Assembly: GCA_000004985.1 (NCBI GenBank)
Contig: GG738892.1
Strand: one strand, 5' to 3'
DNA from: Naegleria gruberi
Lineage: Eukaryota
Length of the DNA stretch: 64,000 nt
Part shown: positions 19,232 to 29,867 of the stretch, in pieces
How the letters are laid out: each line of letters begins with the position of its first letter
Position numbering within the stretch: the stretch's first letter is position 1
Translations under genes and position numbers: made by a program
The notes under the pieces: model-generated
What the model was told of the DNA's origin: nothing
Databases searched by the model: none
What the model saw: only the letters and a program-made list of their open reading frames with translations

Positions 19232-21718
19232 ATGCCATCATCAAGCTTCTTAATTCCTTCATCTCCAATTCCCTCAGCACTAACGACAACCACAGCAGCA
19301 ACAGTTTCATCATCAGCTGCAACAACAGCATCAATGGTGAGATTTGGAACTGCCAATGTTTATAAAGAAACCCCACCATACTCTCCACAATCACCAATGA
19401 TTGCCCTCCGAAGGCAATCCCTCCTCTTATCGGCCACTCAATTCCCTTCAACATCATCACAACAAATTAAATCTCGTTGGATGCTTGTTAGAGTATTGGA
19501 TGGTATAATTTATATAGTCTCTGAATATACTAAAACATTAATTAGAGAATTGATACTACTCCTTGGATATTTCCTCGATTTGATAGTAAGCCTTGTATTG
19601 TACGTGTTTCATATTCCTGGGAGTTATGATGAAACATCGTTGGCCCATCAGAAAGGACTTGTAGTACGTTCTGCTTCATCTGCCTCACTTATTCATCTTT
19701 CCGAAGAATTTAGAAAGGAAAGAACAAGAAGTAGAAGTAATTCAACCAAATCAAACAGTGGTGGATCCACCTATGAATATAATTCAAGTGAGGAAGAAAT
19801 GGAGAAGAAAATTTCATCAACTTCCTCTACTGGAACACTTTCTCCCATTAGAGAATTATCACCTACCACTACTGATGAAGATCATAATATTCAATTGGAT
19901 AATCAACAATTGGAAGATGATGTTCCTCCACCAATTACTACTAGTTTATTTTCTTCATCAACTTCCTCACATACCATGATTGGAAAAAACTCATTTAAGA
20001 AGATTTTGGAATCAACACTCAAAATGAAAAAAGCAAATAATACAAATCAAGTGGTGGTTGATTCTCCAACAACTATGACTACTTCAACTATTGAACCAGT
20101 TTCATTTGAAGAGGCACAGAAAGAACCTATTGCAGACGATGTGAGTGTTGCCAGTACAGCTGATTCTGAATGGAATGATTATGAAAATTTGGATGCAAAC
20201 TTTGATTATGACTTTGAAGATGATGTTAGAGATGATATCAAATTAATTTATGAGGAAAAGAAGTGGACATCCAGAGTGTTAAATTTCATTGGAGAAACCT
20301 TCTTGTGGTTTGTCATGCTGATAATTTATCTTCCAACTCTCTTCAAAACACCAATTACATCTAAAAAGACACCTATTGAGGCTGATAAGGTTCATCTCTA
20401 CGAGAAGAAATCTACTGGTCTATTGGAAGATTTTTACTATGCTGTTTTTGAGTGTATTGATTTACTTGCCAAGGCAAGTAGATTGTTCATTCGTCTCAAA
20501 CTTAGGGAATGTTTCAAAACCATCAAGGAATGCTTTGGATTATTCAAACTCTCTAACTTTTTATCCACAAGGGGTATTGATGACAGATCGATCAGTCAGG
20601 TCATTATTGACAATGGCTTCAAATCAAAGACCTACGTATGCTCCACTGAGGATGGATACAAAGTTCAACTCAACAGAATTCCAAATACTACAAGCAAAAC
20701 AGCAGTATATTTCCAACATGGTATTTTAGATAGTGGATTTACATGGATTGGCAGTAATCCAAATGTAGGACTTACTTGCGCCTCCAATGGATATGATGTC
20801 TTTCTTGGAAATTTCAGAGGATATGGTCTTGCTCGTTGCCATGGTAAACACCTGAATGAAAACATCAGTGCACGAGAATATTGGGATTTCAGTATCAATG
20901 AACATGCATTTTATGATGTTAAGGCATTCGTGAAAAAGATTAGAGAAATCAAACAAAAGGAGCTTGGAAATAACGATTTCAAATTAGTGGTGGTTGCCCA
21001 TTCGATGGGAGCAGGTAGTATTCTTGCCTACATGTCATGGTGTAAAGCACACAATGAAGAACATTATATTGACAAAGCAATTCTATTGTCTCCAGCAGGA
21101 AATCACCAAGAGATGCCAACACTTTTTGAATATGCTTCTATGGCAATTCCTATCGTTAGAAGGCTACCATTTTGGAATTATTTTGGATTTACTTCCAAGA
21201 CCGTTAAAATACTGGTTGCCAAACTCCTTCAAGATATTAACAATCATAAGGCTACTAGAAGTTTACTCTCTGCAGTAGTTTCATCTCTTATCCTTGGTGG
21301 AAGAACAAAGAATAATCCATTCCAATATGTTCACAATCTATTCTACCACACTTTTAATGCAACTTCTGTAAAGGTGGTTGAACATTTAATTCAACTCCAA
21401 AAGAGTGGTAAATTCTTAGCATATAATTATGGTCCAACAATGAATAAGCAATACTATGGAACTGAGAAACCTTATGACTTTTTTGATGCATATGACAAGT
21501 TGAATATTCCAATTTACATAGTTTATGCAGATGATGATAAGGTAATTCCAAAACAATGTATCGTTCGCCACTATAAGGAATTGAGAAAGTATCACTCCAA
21601 TACTTGTTTTGCCAAGAAATTCAAAGATATGGGGCACCTCGAACTCACACTCAGTAGTAATGATAGAGTTATTCAATATGTTCTTAAAGTGTTGGGACAG
21701 AATGAGGAAGTCAATTAA
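19232..21718 (+). CDS. Acid lipase / sterol esterase family alpha/beta-hydrolase with a long S-rich N-terminal extension
   Basis: The 'AB hydrolase lipase' N-domain is GILDSGFTWIGSNPNVGLTCASNGYDVFLGNFRGYGLAR and the nucleophile elbow is VVAHSMGAG. Both are typical of gastric/lysosomal acid lipase and the yeast Tgl1/Yeh family. The likely start is the internal MPSSS methionine at 19232 rather than the ORF start at 19112. Confidence 0.75.
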   Translation: MPSSSFLIPSSPIPSALTTTTAATVSSSAATTASMVRFGTANVYKETPPYSPQSPMIALRRQSLLLSATQFPSTSSQQIKSRWMLVRVLDGIIYIVSEYTKTLIRELILLLGYFLDLIVSLVLYVFHIPGSYDETSLAHQKGLVVRSASSASLIHLSEEFRKERTRSRSNSTKSNSGGSTYEYNSSEEEMEKKISSTSSTGTLSPIRELSPTTTDEDHNIQLDNQQLEDDVPPPITTSLFSSSTSSHTMIGKNSFKKILESTLKMKKANNTNQVVVDSPTTMTTSTIEPVSFEEAQKEPIADDVSVASTADSEWNDYENLDANFDYDFEDDVRDDIKLIYEEKKWTSRVLNFIGETFLWFVMLIIYLPTLFKTPITSKKTPIEADKVHLYEKKSTGLLEDFYYAVFECIDLLAKASRLFIRLKLRECFKTIKECFGLFKLSNFLSTRGIDDRSISQVIIDNGFKSKTYVCSTEDGYKVQLNRIPNTTSKTAVYFQHGILDSGFTWIGSNPNVGLTCASNGYDVFLGNFRGYGLARCHGKHLNENISAREYWDFSINEHAFYDVKAFVKKIREIKQKELGNNDFKLVVVAHSMGAGSILAYMSWCKAHNEEHYIDKAILLSPAGNHQEMPTLFEYASMAIPIVRRLPFWNYFGFTSKTVKILVAKLLQDINNHKATRSLLSAVVSSLILGGRTKNNPFQYVHNLFYHTFNATSVKVVEHLIQLQKSGKFLAYNYGPTMNKQYYGTEKPYDFFDAYDKLNIPIYIVYADDDKVIPKQCIVRHYKELRKYHSNTCFAKKFKDMGHLELTLSSNDRVIQYVLKVLGQNEEVN

Positions 21719-21730
21719 TTTTCTTTCATT

Positions 21731-23029
21731 CTACACATTCAAGATTGAAACGTCTGTGTATGGAATATTGTTAGATTTCTCAAAGAATGGCATACAATTA
21801 TCAATGAAGAAAGTCCTGTTTGAAAAGTAAACTACCTTCAACACCTTACCCAGCCCTACTAGTAACCGCTTTCTAAAAGTCAAAACCAAACACTGCCCTA
21901 AGGTTGGCTCTTTTTCAAATGGTTTTGTATAAAAATATTGAGAATAAGAATCAAACTTTCTCTTTTGGTTTTTGGAAATTAGTTCTGGTTCATGAGGGCT
22001 TAATCTTAACACTACCTTCTTGGAGCTTTCCTCAACAAAATCAAGAATCTGACATTTAACTTTCTTCAGGCCACACCTCACAATTATCGTTGGATTTTTA
22101 CAAAATGCATGCCACAATTCATTATTTTCAATGTCCAGCTCAATCCAGAAAGTCTCCACCTTGGCACATCTTGTTTCTTCTAAAGGTAGGCTCATCATTC
22201 TTTGATTGAAATAATCTCCAAAAAGACCACCAATAAAACCATCCGATGTAGAGAAATCCTCTCTCCCCAGGCAAAAAAATTGACCAGGTCCAATTTTTCT
22301 ATCCGAATAGTGATCTCCCCCAATCCATATCTTATTCAAAATTATTTTTTCATAACTGCTCCTTTCAAATACTGAAATAGTTTTCCAATCATAATTTAGT
22401 TCAAATACTCCACTCAGTACTTTACAATATATAAAACTATGTGCTGCAACAGCAACCAACATTGAGGTTTGAGGATCCTGTCTCAAGGCCTGAAACCTTG
22501 ATTTTGGTGTTAAATCTTCAATCCACTCATTGATGGTTCCTCCTTCAAACCATGAAAATTCTTGAAAGTCATTACCCTGCAAATAACTCCAAACTCTCAT
22601 TGGAATAAATGTAACATTGAGGTCTCTATCCAAATCCTCACATTCCAATTCCTTTCTTATCTTTTCTACATCCCTTTCAAATTCAAACTTGGTAACATTT
22701 TCTGTCTGATAATCCACTAGAATGGCCACCTTTCTAATAGATGAATTAATCAACACTCTCACTAAATCTTTATACGATTTTTGCCATCTTTCCATACCAA
22801 TTCTATACGAAATAATAGCATAATCAGACAAACAAACCACTCGGAACATATTCTTGATCGAAGCCTCATAACCAACATCCACAAACTGAAAAGGATAACT
22901 CCTATAAATTGATATTCTCCTATAGTTTCTATCAGAATAATTATGAGCTAATTTTTTACCTATTGAATACGGATACACCACTCCAAAGATACCAACTGAA
23001 ACAAATTCCTTCTCTTGTTCTTTAGACAT
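21731..23029 (-). CDS. Conserved hypothetical protein (432 aa), no family assigned
   Basis: Long intact ORF ending 12 bp from the convergent lipase gene. It contains an IWIGGDHYSD block, but I cannot place it confidently in any family. Confidence 0.45.
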   Translation of the reverse strand: MSKEQEKEFVSVGIFGVVYPYSIGKKLAHNYSDRNYRRISIYRSYPFQFVDVGYEASIKNMFRVVCLSDYAIISYRIGMERWQKSYKDLVRVLINSSIRKVAILVDYQTENVTKFEFERDVEKIRKELECEDLDRDLNVTFIPMRVWSYLQGNDFQEFSWFEGGTINEWIEDLTPKSRFQALRQDPQTSMLVAVAAHSFIYCKVLSGVFELNYDWKTISVFERSSYEKIILNKIWIGGDHYSDRKIGPGQFFCLGREDFSTSDGFIGGLFGDYFNQRMMSLPLEETRCAKVETFWIELDIENNELWHAFCKNPTIIVRCGLKKVKCQILDFVEESSKKVVLRLSPHEPELISKNQKRKFDSYSQYFYTKPFEKEPTLGQCLVLTFRKRLLVGLGKVLKVVYFSNRTFFIDNCMPFFEKSNNIPYTDVSILNV

Positions 23030-23092
23030 TTTTTTAGGTTGACTTAAAATCAGGATGAACTTTAATTACAAAAATAAACAACAGAAAAAAAA

Positions 23093-23593
23093 ATGTCTCA
23101 ACAAGAAGAATCACACTCTACCACCACAGCCACCACAGCTCACGCCACTATTGATCTCTTCTCGGTACCAAGAATCGGAGTTGCTTGCTTTATTGTTAAA
23201 AATATTAATGGATCGGAACATGTTTTAATTGGTCAGCGAAAGGGTTCTCATGGAAAGGGTTCTTATCAATTGCCTGGAGGTCATTTGGATTATGGAGAAA
23301 CATGGGAAGTTTGCGCGGAGAGAGAAATCAAGGAAGAAACCAACTTGGATGTTTGCAATTTAACCTTTATTACTTGTACTAATGATGTTTTTGAGGTTGA
23401 GAAGAGACATTATAATACAATTTTCATGAGAGCCTATTTGAAGGATGAAAATCAAGAGGCTGAATTGTTGGAGCCTAATAAGTGTGAAGGTTGGCAATGG
23501 GTTTCAATTCATGATTTGAAGAATTTCTCACCACTTTTCCTTCCATTAGATAATTTCCTCAAACTCTATCCACCTCAAAAGATTGTTCAATAA
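23093..23593 (+). CDS. Nudix hydrolase
   Basis: Nudix box GGHLDYGETWEVCAEREIKEETNL, consensus Gx5Ex7REUxEExGU. Confidence 0.8.
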   Translation: MSQQEESHSTTTATTAHATIDLFSVPRIGVACFIVKNINGSEHVLIGQRKGSHGKGSYQLPGGHLDYGETWEVCAEREIKEETNLDVCNLTFITCTNDVFEVEKRHYNTIFMRAYLKDENQEAELLEPNKCEGWQWVSIHDLKNFSPLFLPLDNFLKLYPPQKIVQ

Positions 23594-24082
23594 GAAAATT
23601 TCCAAATATCAAATTGTTAATTTTAAATATTTATCTTAATATTAGATGAACCTTTTGAGTACTTTAATTTGACGAAATAATGTATTAGATATATGAACAT
23701 GATAAGAGTTCCTAATTCCAAATGTATTAATACATCATTAATAGTGGTGAATCGTCTTATTGATTTACATTTATCGCAGTTCACCATTTTGTAAATCATT
23801 ACAATAAGGATTAGTTACAATAGTGCACTTTGCGTAATAATTGGACAAAGAATCCACGACAATGATGGCAGTTATTCATCTTTTCACTGCTTAATTGAAT
23901 CCTGTGCGCATTATTTTGCACTGACAATCATCAATCACCACACGAAGAGTTTAATTTCACGTTTTTGTGTAACTACCATCATTTTCATCTTTAAAAAAAA
24001 CAAGAACACCATTGAACAACATCTACTCTCTCACTAATTCTTAAAAAACAAATTGAAACCTTTCTAATATTTTATAAGAAGA

Positions 24083-24559
24083 ATGAATACAAGTCCAACA
24101 ACATCGTCACCATTTCGTCAAAAAAGCAAAACAATGGGATATAAATCCTCACCAACAGTAGCACATCAATTAGAATTGGCACTCCAAGATGAAGAAGAAC
24201 ATCGCATGCAACAACATTTAGAACATGCCTACAATCGTTCAAATTCCACTACTAAAACTAGTACTACTGCCACTAATCGTTCTCATTCCACTCTCAGGAA
24301 ACAATATTTTAGACATTGTAGAACTGATAGTGAGAATGAGAGGGAGAATTCCAAGAGAATGAGTAAAACACTGCAAGCTAATGATGAAAGAAACTGGAAG
24401 AAACATCAATCGTTAAAGATGGATCCTTTGGATAGGATTGGTTATTCTGCTTCTATGATGGATTCTTCTTGTGGAAGTCAATCAACAACTAACCGAAATA
24501 TTTTCAGCAAGTTTATTTCAAAACTCTCAAAGAAGAAGAGTTCGAATAATTTATTCTAA
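24083..24559 (+). CDS. Hypothetical S/T-rich basic protein
   Basis: 158-aa ORF. Low complexity, no domain. Confidence 0.3.
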   Translation: MNTSPTTSSPFRQKSKTMGYKSSPTVAHQLELALQDEEEHRMQQHLEHAYNRSNSTTKTSTTATNRSHSTLRKQYFRHCRTDSENERENSKRMSKTLQANDERNWKKHQSLKMDPLDRIGYSASMMDSSCGSQSTTNRNIFSKFISKLSKKKSSNNLF

Positions 24560-24821
24560 ACTCAAGTTTAGATATGGTGGAAAACACCATTTAGCATCAA
24601 AACGAGCATATTTATCGCGAATAATGTACATAACATGTTTCTCCTTCTACAACTTACTAACGACTATTGTTACCAAAAATAACAATAGTTTCTTCTACTT
24701 TCCAATAACAACAAACAACATGGTTTTCTACCAATAGAAATAAACATTTAAAATAGACATTAGATTAATTTTCAAATTTATTGTTGTTATTTAAAGTTAC
24801 AATTAGAATTGTTGAAATAAT

Positions 24822-25712
24822 TTACATGACCAATTTTCTAAACTGGTCGAAACTCAAAGTTTTTGAGCCCTCAAACAAAATACTCAATTCTTCATCAGAG
24901 AATGTTTGTTGAATTCCCAAATTTGAAATAACCTTCTTGAATTCACTCATTGAAACAACACCATCTTCATTAACATCAAGAATCTCAGAAAAGACAGCCC
25001 TCAAATCTTCATCTGTAAATCCATCGTCATCATCAATCTCTGACAGTGGTGAATGTTTATATGCAGAAATAGCCATTGATTGACTTCTACCACGTCCTTT
25101 CATAGGTGATTTTGATTCTCTCTTGTTGGAAGCTGCTGCTGCATCATCTCGACATAATTTAACAAATTCATCAAAAGTTACACCTTCCTTATGAGAATTC
25201 TTAATGAGTGAGAGAAATTCCTTACTCTCTGGACCATTATATACACTTGTTAGGAAATCGTTCATTTCTTCTGGGTTTAGTTTGTCATCGCCATCTTTAT
25301 CGAAAAGTCTGAAAACCATTGAAAGTCTTTCTCTACGTCCCTCTTTCTTTTGTTGATTTGGCGAGTTGACCACCCCTGTTGAAATTGATAATCTTCTAGT
25401 ATTTGAAATGGATTGACCACCACCACTAGCATTAGAAGGTGAACTTGGACTGGTCAACCCAGATGAAAAATCAAGAGGTCCCTTAGAAATTGGAGATGTC
25501 ATTCTATTAGAACTTGGAGTTTTAATCGTTGGAGTTAGATTTTGAGGTGGAATTGGTGAAGATTTTGCTCTTGATCTCGAGGCAACTATATTGTTGAGGG
25601 GAGAATCGATGGATTTTGAGCCTTTTCTGGTTGGTGTAGAAGGGGCATTGTCAATGAAACTAATTCTCTTGGTGGAGTTTTGTGGTGAGGTTGGTGTTGG
25701 ATGGGAGCTCAT
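24822..25712 (-). CDS. EF-hand calcium-binding protein with an S/P-rich N-terminal region
   Basis: Two canonical EF loops, DKDGDDKLNPEE and DVNEDGVVSMSE, lie in the C-terminal half. Confidence 0.6.
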   Translation of the reverse strand: MSSHPTPTSPQNSTKRISFIDNAPSTPTRKGSKSIDSPLNNIVASRSRAKSSPIPPQNLTPTIKTPSSNRMTSPISKGPLDFSSGLTSPSSPSNASGGGQSISNTRRLSISTGVVNSPNQQKKEGRRERLSMVFRLFDKDGDDKLNPEEMNDFLTSVYNGPESKEFLSLIKNSHKEGVTFDEFVKLCRDDAAAASNKRESKSPMKGRGRSQSMAISAYKHSPLSEIDDDDGFTDEDLRAVFSEILDVNEDGVVSMSEFKKVISNLGIQQTFSDEELSILFEGSKTLSFDQFRKLVM

Positions 25713-26649
25713 TGTTTCGTAAAAGAGAAATGTTTCGAATAAAAATGTATTCTAAAGAAAGGATTATGATACAAGGATGAAATTAGTGGATATTACTTTC
25801 AGATAATATTGAACATGTAGTTCCTATCAGGTCGAAGTCTTTGGGGTTTCCAATAGTTTTGTAGAGTTCAATATTGTGTTTCTTTTTTCGAATAATTTGA
25901 GAGATGAAGAATGAAGGGTGTAAATTTAAAACATCTTATTGCTCATTGGTATTCTCCCTCTCCATCTGTGCTACTAAAACTCATCACTGCTTGTACCTTG
26001 CTGTCTTGAGCTGTCACTTGTTATCAAGAGATTTACGAAAAATAAGGCTAATGATTCTATTTTGTGTAAACCATCTCCACAATGTTGTTGGGAACGAATG
26101 TATTGCGATATTGAAAATGATTTAACCTTATTGATGAATTTGTTTCGAATCTCTAACAACTTTCGTCAAGTTTCTTGGAAGTGAATAGCCTAATCTCTTA
26201 ACGATGGACTCCTGACGAAGTTGAGAAATTAATTAAATATTTTGAATCATAGAGTTCAGGAGATGAGCTCATAACTAGCTTGTCATTACAAATTTATTTT
26301 TCATTTCAAAAGAAATCACTCCCAAAAATGGAATTCATTTTACAAAATTTTCATTCTTTTTCAAAATTACAAATTTACATTTTACTTTGCAGAATTTATA
26401 TTTTTAGAAATTATTCTTGATTAAATCGTTAGTTTCCCATTTCTAAAACTAAAGTTGTAAAATTTAGGAGGGAAATGATAATTACCTGTATTGGAGTATT
26501 GTTCAAAAAATCTCTTTCTTTTTTTTTCATATATAATATAAATTTTCATTGTAATGGATCTACCTTTTTTAAATACTTTACAACAATTTAAATAATTAAA
26601 TACTTAAGAATTCCAAGCCATTATTAAATTTAAAAAAATCAAAAAAAAA

Positions 26650-27684
26650 ATGCTCAACAGAGTTCCCTTCTCCAATTACTTTGCTGCATCAGATTTTGAA
26701 TCAGAATCATCAGAATCAAATAATTCTCCATCAATTTTTCCCTTCCTTTCCTTACCATCGGAATTAAAAGCAAATATTCTCTCCTTTCTTCCATCGAATG
26801 AAATTATTAATTTCGGAAGCTTATCGAGATCGAGTTATGAATTGGTTGCTCCCTTCCTCTCTGATTCAATTGCTCACTTGTATGAAGATTATGCCGATGA
26901 GTATAGTATTGATATTTGGACTGAATTAATTAATAGAGTGGCAATTACGAGGCGGGAAAAGATTGGTTCCTTGAAAGATTGCAAGAATTTGTTTTTGAAA
27001 TTGTTTTTAGAGCAACGATCGTGTAGAATGTGTAGTAAGACAACACCAAGTTTTCAGAGTTTTTTGAGTAGAAAGATTGTAAAATCATGTTATTGTGATG
27101 GATTTATTTGTAGGAAGCCATGTTGGAATAAGGAAAGATTGGCTGATGAATCAGTGTCGAGATGTTCAAAGTGTGGATATGTGTATCAGTTTTCAAATCC
27201 TGAAAAGATTGGAATGATTCCAAAGGTCTTTTCTAGATATCCAATTTCTTCTCAATTTATATTAACAGCTCTTTCATCAATTTCTTGTATATTATTTGTA
27301 TATTCTTTGGTTTCTTCCTTGGGATATATTATGCCACACAATTCACAGAGTGAGCTTTGGTTGGAATTGGAAAATTTCTGGATTTTCAAATATTTTCCAT
27401 TTTGGAATTATTTCGTAAATGGAATGTCAGTGATTTCATTCATTATTTTTGTATTACTTATCATTGCAAGTATATTTAGTGGAAATGTCAATGTTGGAGC
27501 AAATGATTTGGGAGCAATGGAAGGAATTATTCTCATTATCACAGTTTTAATTGTAGTTGCAACTCCTTTCCTTCTTGGAAGTTATGTTAAAAAGGCAGTT
27601 CTAGAAAAATCAATTTATGGTTGCCCAGTTAAGGCACCAAGAAAACATGATTTGGATCGTGATGATCATCATAGACATCATTAA
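26650..27684 (+). CDS. F-box-like protein with a Cys-rich module and C-terminal transmembrane helices
   Basis: F-box-like LPSELKANILSFLPSNEIINFGSL, a zinc-finger-like CRMCSK...CYCDGFICRKPCW...CSKCGY cluster, then about four hydrophobic helices. Confidence 0.5.
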   Translation: MLNRVPFSNYFAASDFESESSESNNSPSIFPFLSLPSELKANILSFLPSNEIINFGSLSRSSYELVAPFLSDSIAHLYEDYADEYSIDIWTELINRVAITRREKIGSLKDCKNLFLKLFLEQRSCRMCSKTTPSFQSFLSRKIVKSCYCDGFICRKPCWNKERLADESVSRCSKCGYVYQFSNPEKIGMIPKVFSRYPISSQFILTALSSISCILFVYSLVSSLGYIMPHNSQSELWLELENFWIFKYFPFWNYFVNGMSVISFIIFVLLIIASIFSGNVNVGANDLGAMEGIILIITVLIVVATPFLLGSYVKKAVLEKSIYGCPVKAPRKHDLDRDDHHRHH

Positions 27685-27889
27685 TAATTCATTTAACCAA
27701 ATTGTAAATATTACGAAATCAGATAACCGAAATTGATAAACTCAATTTTAAATAATTTGAAATAGTTTGATAATTATTTCAACACTAACACGGAATATAA
27801 ACATTAACACAATTTCACTAATTAAATATAATTAATTCAATATTAATTTTCAACAAGTTGAATCATTTAAATTTTCGAAACCTAAAAAA

Positions 27890-29633
27890 ATGTCTGCAAT
27901 CACAAACGACGGAAGTTCCATCATTCAACAAGAAGTTTCAGTCTCAAGCTCCTCTCAAGGAACCTATCGATGCTTGAGTAGACACTTGGATGAATACAGT
28001 GTCGAACAATTTGATGCTTGTTATAAAATCAAGGAATCCGTTGATATCATCATCAAGAATGGATTCAAGAATGTAGCCTTGCAATTTCCTGATGAATTAC
28101 TCTCGGATGCATCACTTGTTTCCTTTCAATTAAAGTATTATTATTCAAAATATAAATTAGCTTCCTCATCATCGGAAGAAAATAGTACAGAGAAACAATC
28201 AGAACCATTGATTGGAGATATTGAAGATTTTTCAAATCATTCATCATTATCATTACTTTCCCAATTATCAATTGATTCTGAATTTTCAAAGAAGGCATAT
28301 GATACTGAATATTTGAGAGTGTATGTTCTCGGAGATACCTCTTATGGAAGTTGTTGTGTTGATGAAGTTGGAGCTCAACACATGCTCTGTGATTTTATTA
28401 TTCACTATGGTAATGCTTGTCTTCAACCGTAGGTTTTTATTCTCTCTTTAATAGTTGACCAATTATAATAATAGAGTTAAGAGAACACCAGTCTATCACG
28501 TTTTTGGAATGAATTATAAGTTGGATATTAATCAATGTTTGGAGAATTTGAATAAGTTTGTTGATGAAAATAGTGAAGGAGAAGTTATTGTGATTTATGA
28601 TTTGGTAAATTATGAGAGAATTAAGAAGGAATTAATTCCTTTGGTTACATCGGATCGTGTCATCTTTTCAAGATTGTACGATTCTAGAGTTTTACAGAAT
28701 GTTAGTGAAAGTACAGTGACTGAAATTGGAGAAAATGAAAACAAGATTAGTAATCAAATTTTCCCAAAGCCAAGTGAAAAAGCTCGTTTCTTCTTCATTG
28801 GAGAATTGGGCTCATTTATTACACAATTTATGGTTGAGCACAATACACATACATTCAAAGTATATTCTGCCTACAAGAACAAGATTGAAAGTGATGGAAG
28901 TGGAACAATTTCTAGAACTTTGGGAAGAAGATTTGCCATGGTTCAAAAAGCTAAGGAATCTCAAGTTTTTGGTATTCTCGTTGCAACAGTTTCTGTTGAG
29001 AATTATTTAAAGATGGTTGAATATGTCAAGAGACTCATTATCGATAACAATAGAAAGTTTTATTTATTCTTTGTTGGTAAACTTAACGTTCCAAAATTGG
29101 CCAACTTTATGGAAATTGACATGTTTGTGTTGATTGGATGTTCACAAAATTCATTAATTGAATCTAGAGAATATGTTAAACCAATTATTACTCCATTCGA
29201 ATTGGAATTAGCTCTTAAATATGGCAAGGAATGGACAGGATATTATCAACTCGATTTTAACAGAATTTTCGAAGACGACAATTGTTGTAGTGAAGAACCA
29301 ATCAGTAATGAAGAAACTGAAGAGGATAGATATGAAGTTTCGCTCATGAGTGGCTCTGTATACCGAGTTGGAAAATCAACAGCATCAAGTAAGGAAGTTC
29401 TCTTGAGTAAGGATGATGGAAAATCACTCATCCTCCAACAACAGCAACAAAATCAACTCATGGAAACTCAATACACACCTTCAATGCTCTATCTCAAGAG
29501 TAGAACCTATAAAGGACTGGGTCAGGATGCAGAAGATGAAGACGAGTCTGCCAATTCTCAAACTTTTGCAACCATTGAAAAAGGAAAGACTGGTATTGCA
29601 TCCAATTATGTTGATGAACCAAAACTCAAATAA
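27890..29633 (+). CDS. DPH2: Diphthamide biosynthesis protein 2 (DPH2), two exons approx. join(27890..28428,28475..29633)
   Basis: Collinear with DPH2 in three blocks:
- [14 protein letters not shown] matches ERVALQFPDQLLGDA
- [36 protein letters not shown] matches ILGDTAYGSCCVDVLGAEQ...IHFGPACLSP
- [16 protein letters not shown] matches KLANFPEVDVFVLLAC
A 46-bp intron (gtaggt...taatag) is required to bypass the in-frame TAG after ACLQP. Confidence 0.8.
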
Positions 29634-29867
29634 AATAAATGGTGGAAGTGAAATTTTTTAATTGATTGGTCATTAATCGTCAGCAAGCTTTTTTTTTAAA
29701 TTTTAAAATTAAATCTAATAATATTTGCTAAATTTGGATTACAAATCAAAATAGGACATTATATTTTAAACGGTTCCAAGTTCTGTCACAGATATCTATT
29801 ACAACATGCCAAACTTTTCAATTTGATGATGACTTTCTAATAATGAACAAAAAACAAACTTCAAAAA

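Noticed and set aside
21731-23029. Calling the 432-aa protein a calcineurin-like metallophosphoesterase on the basis of an IWIGGDHYSD block.
   Set aside because: The canonical GDxHG / GDxxDRG / GNHE motif series is not present in order. The resemblance is too weak, so I left it as hypothetical.
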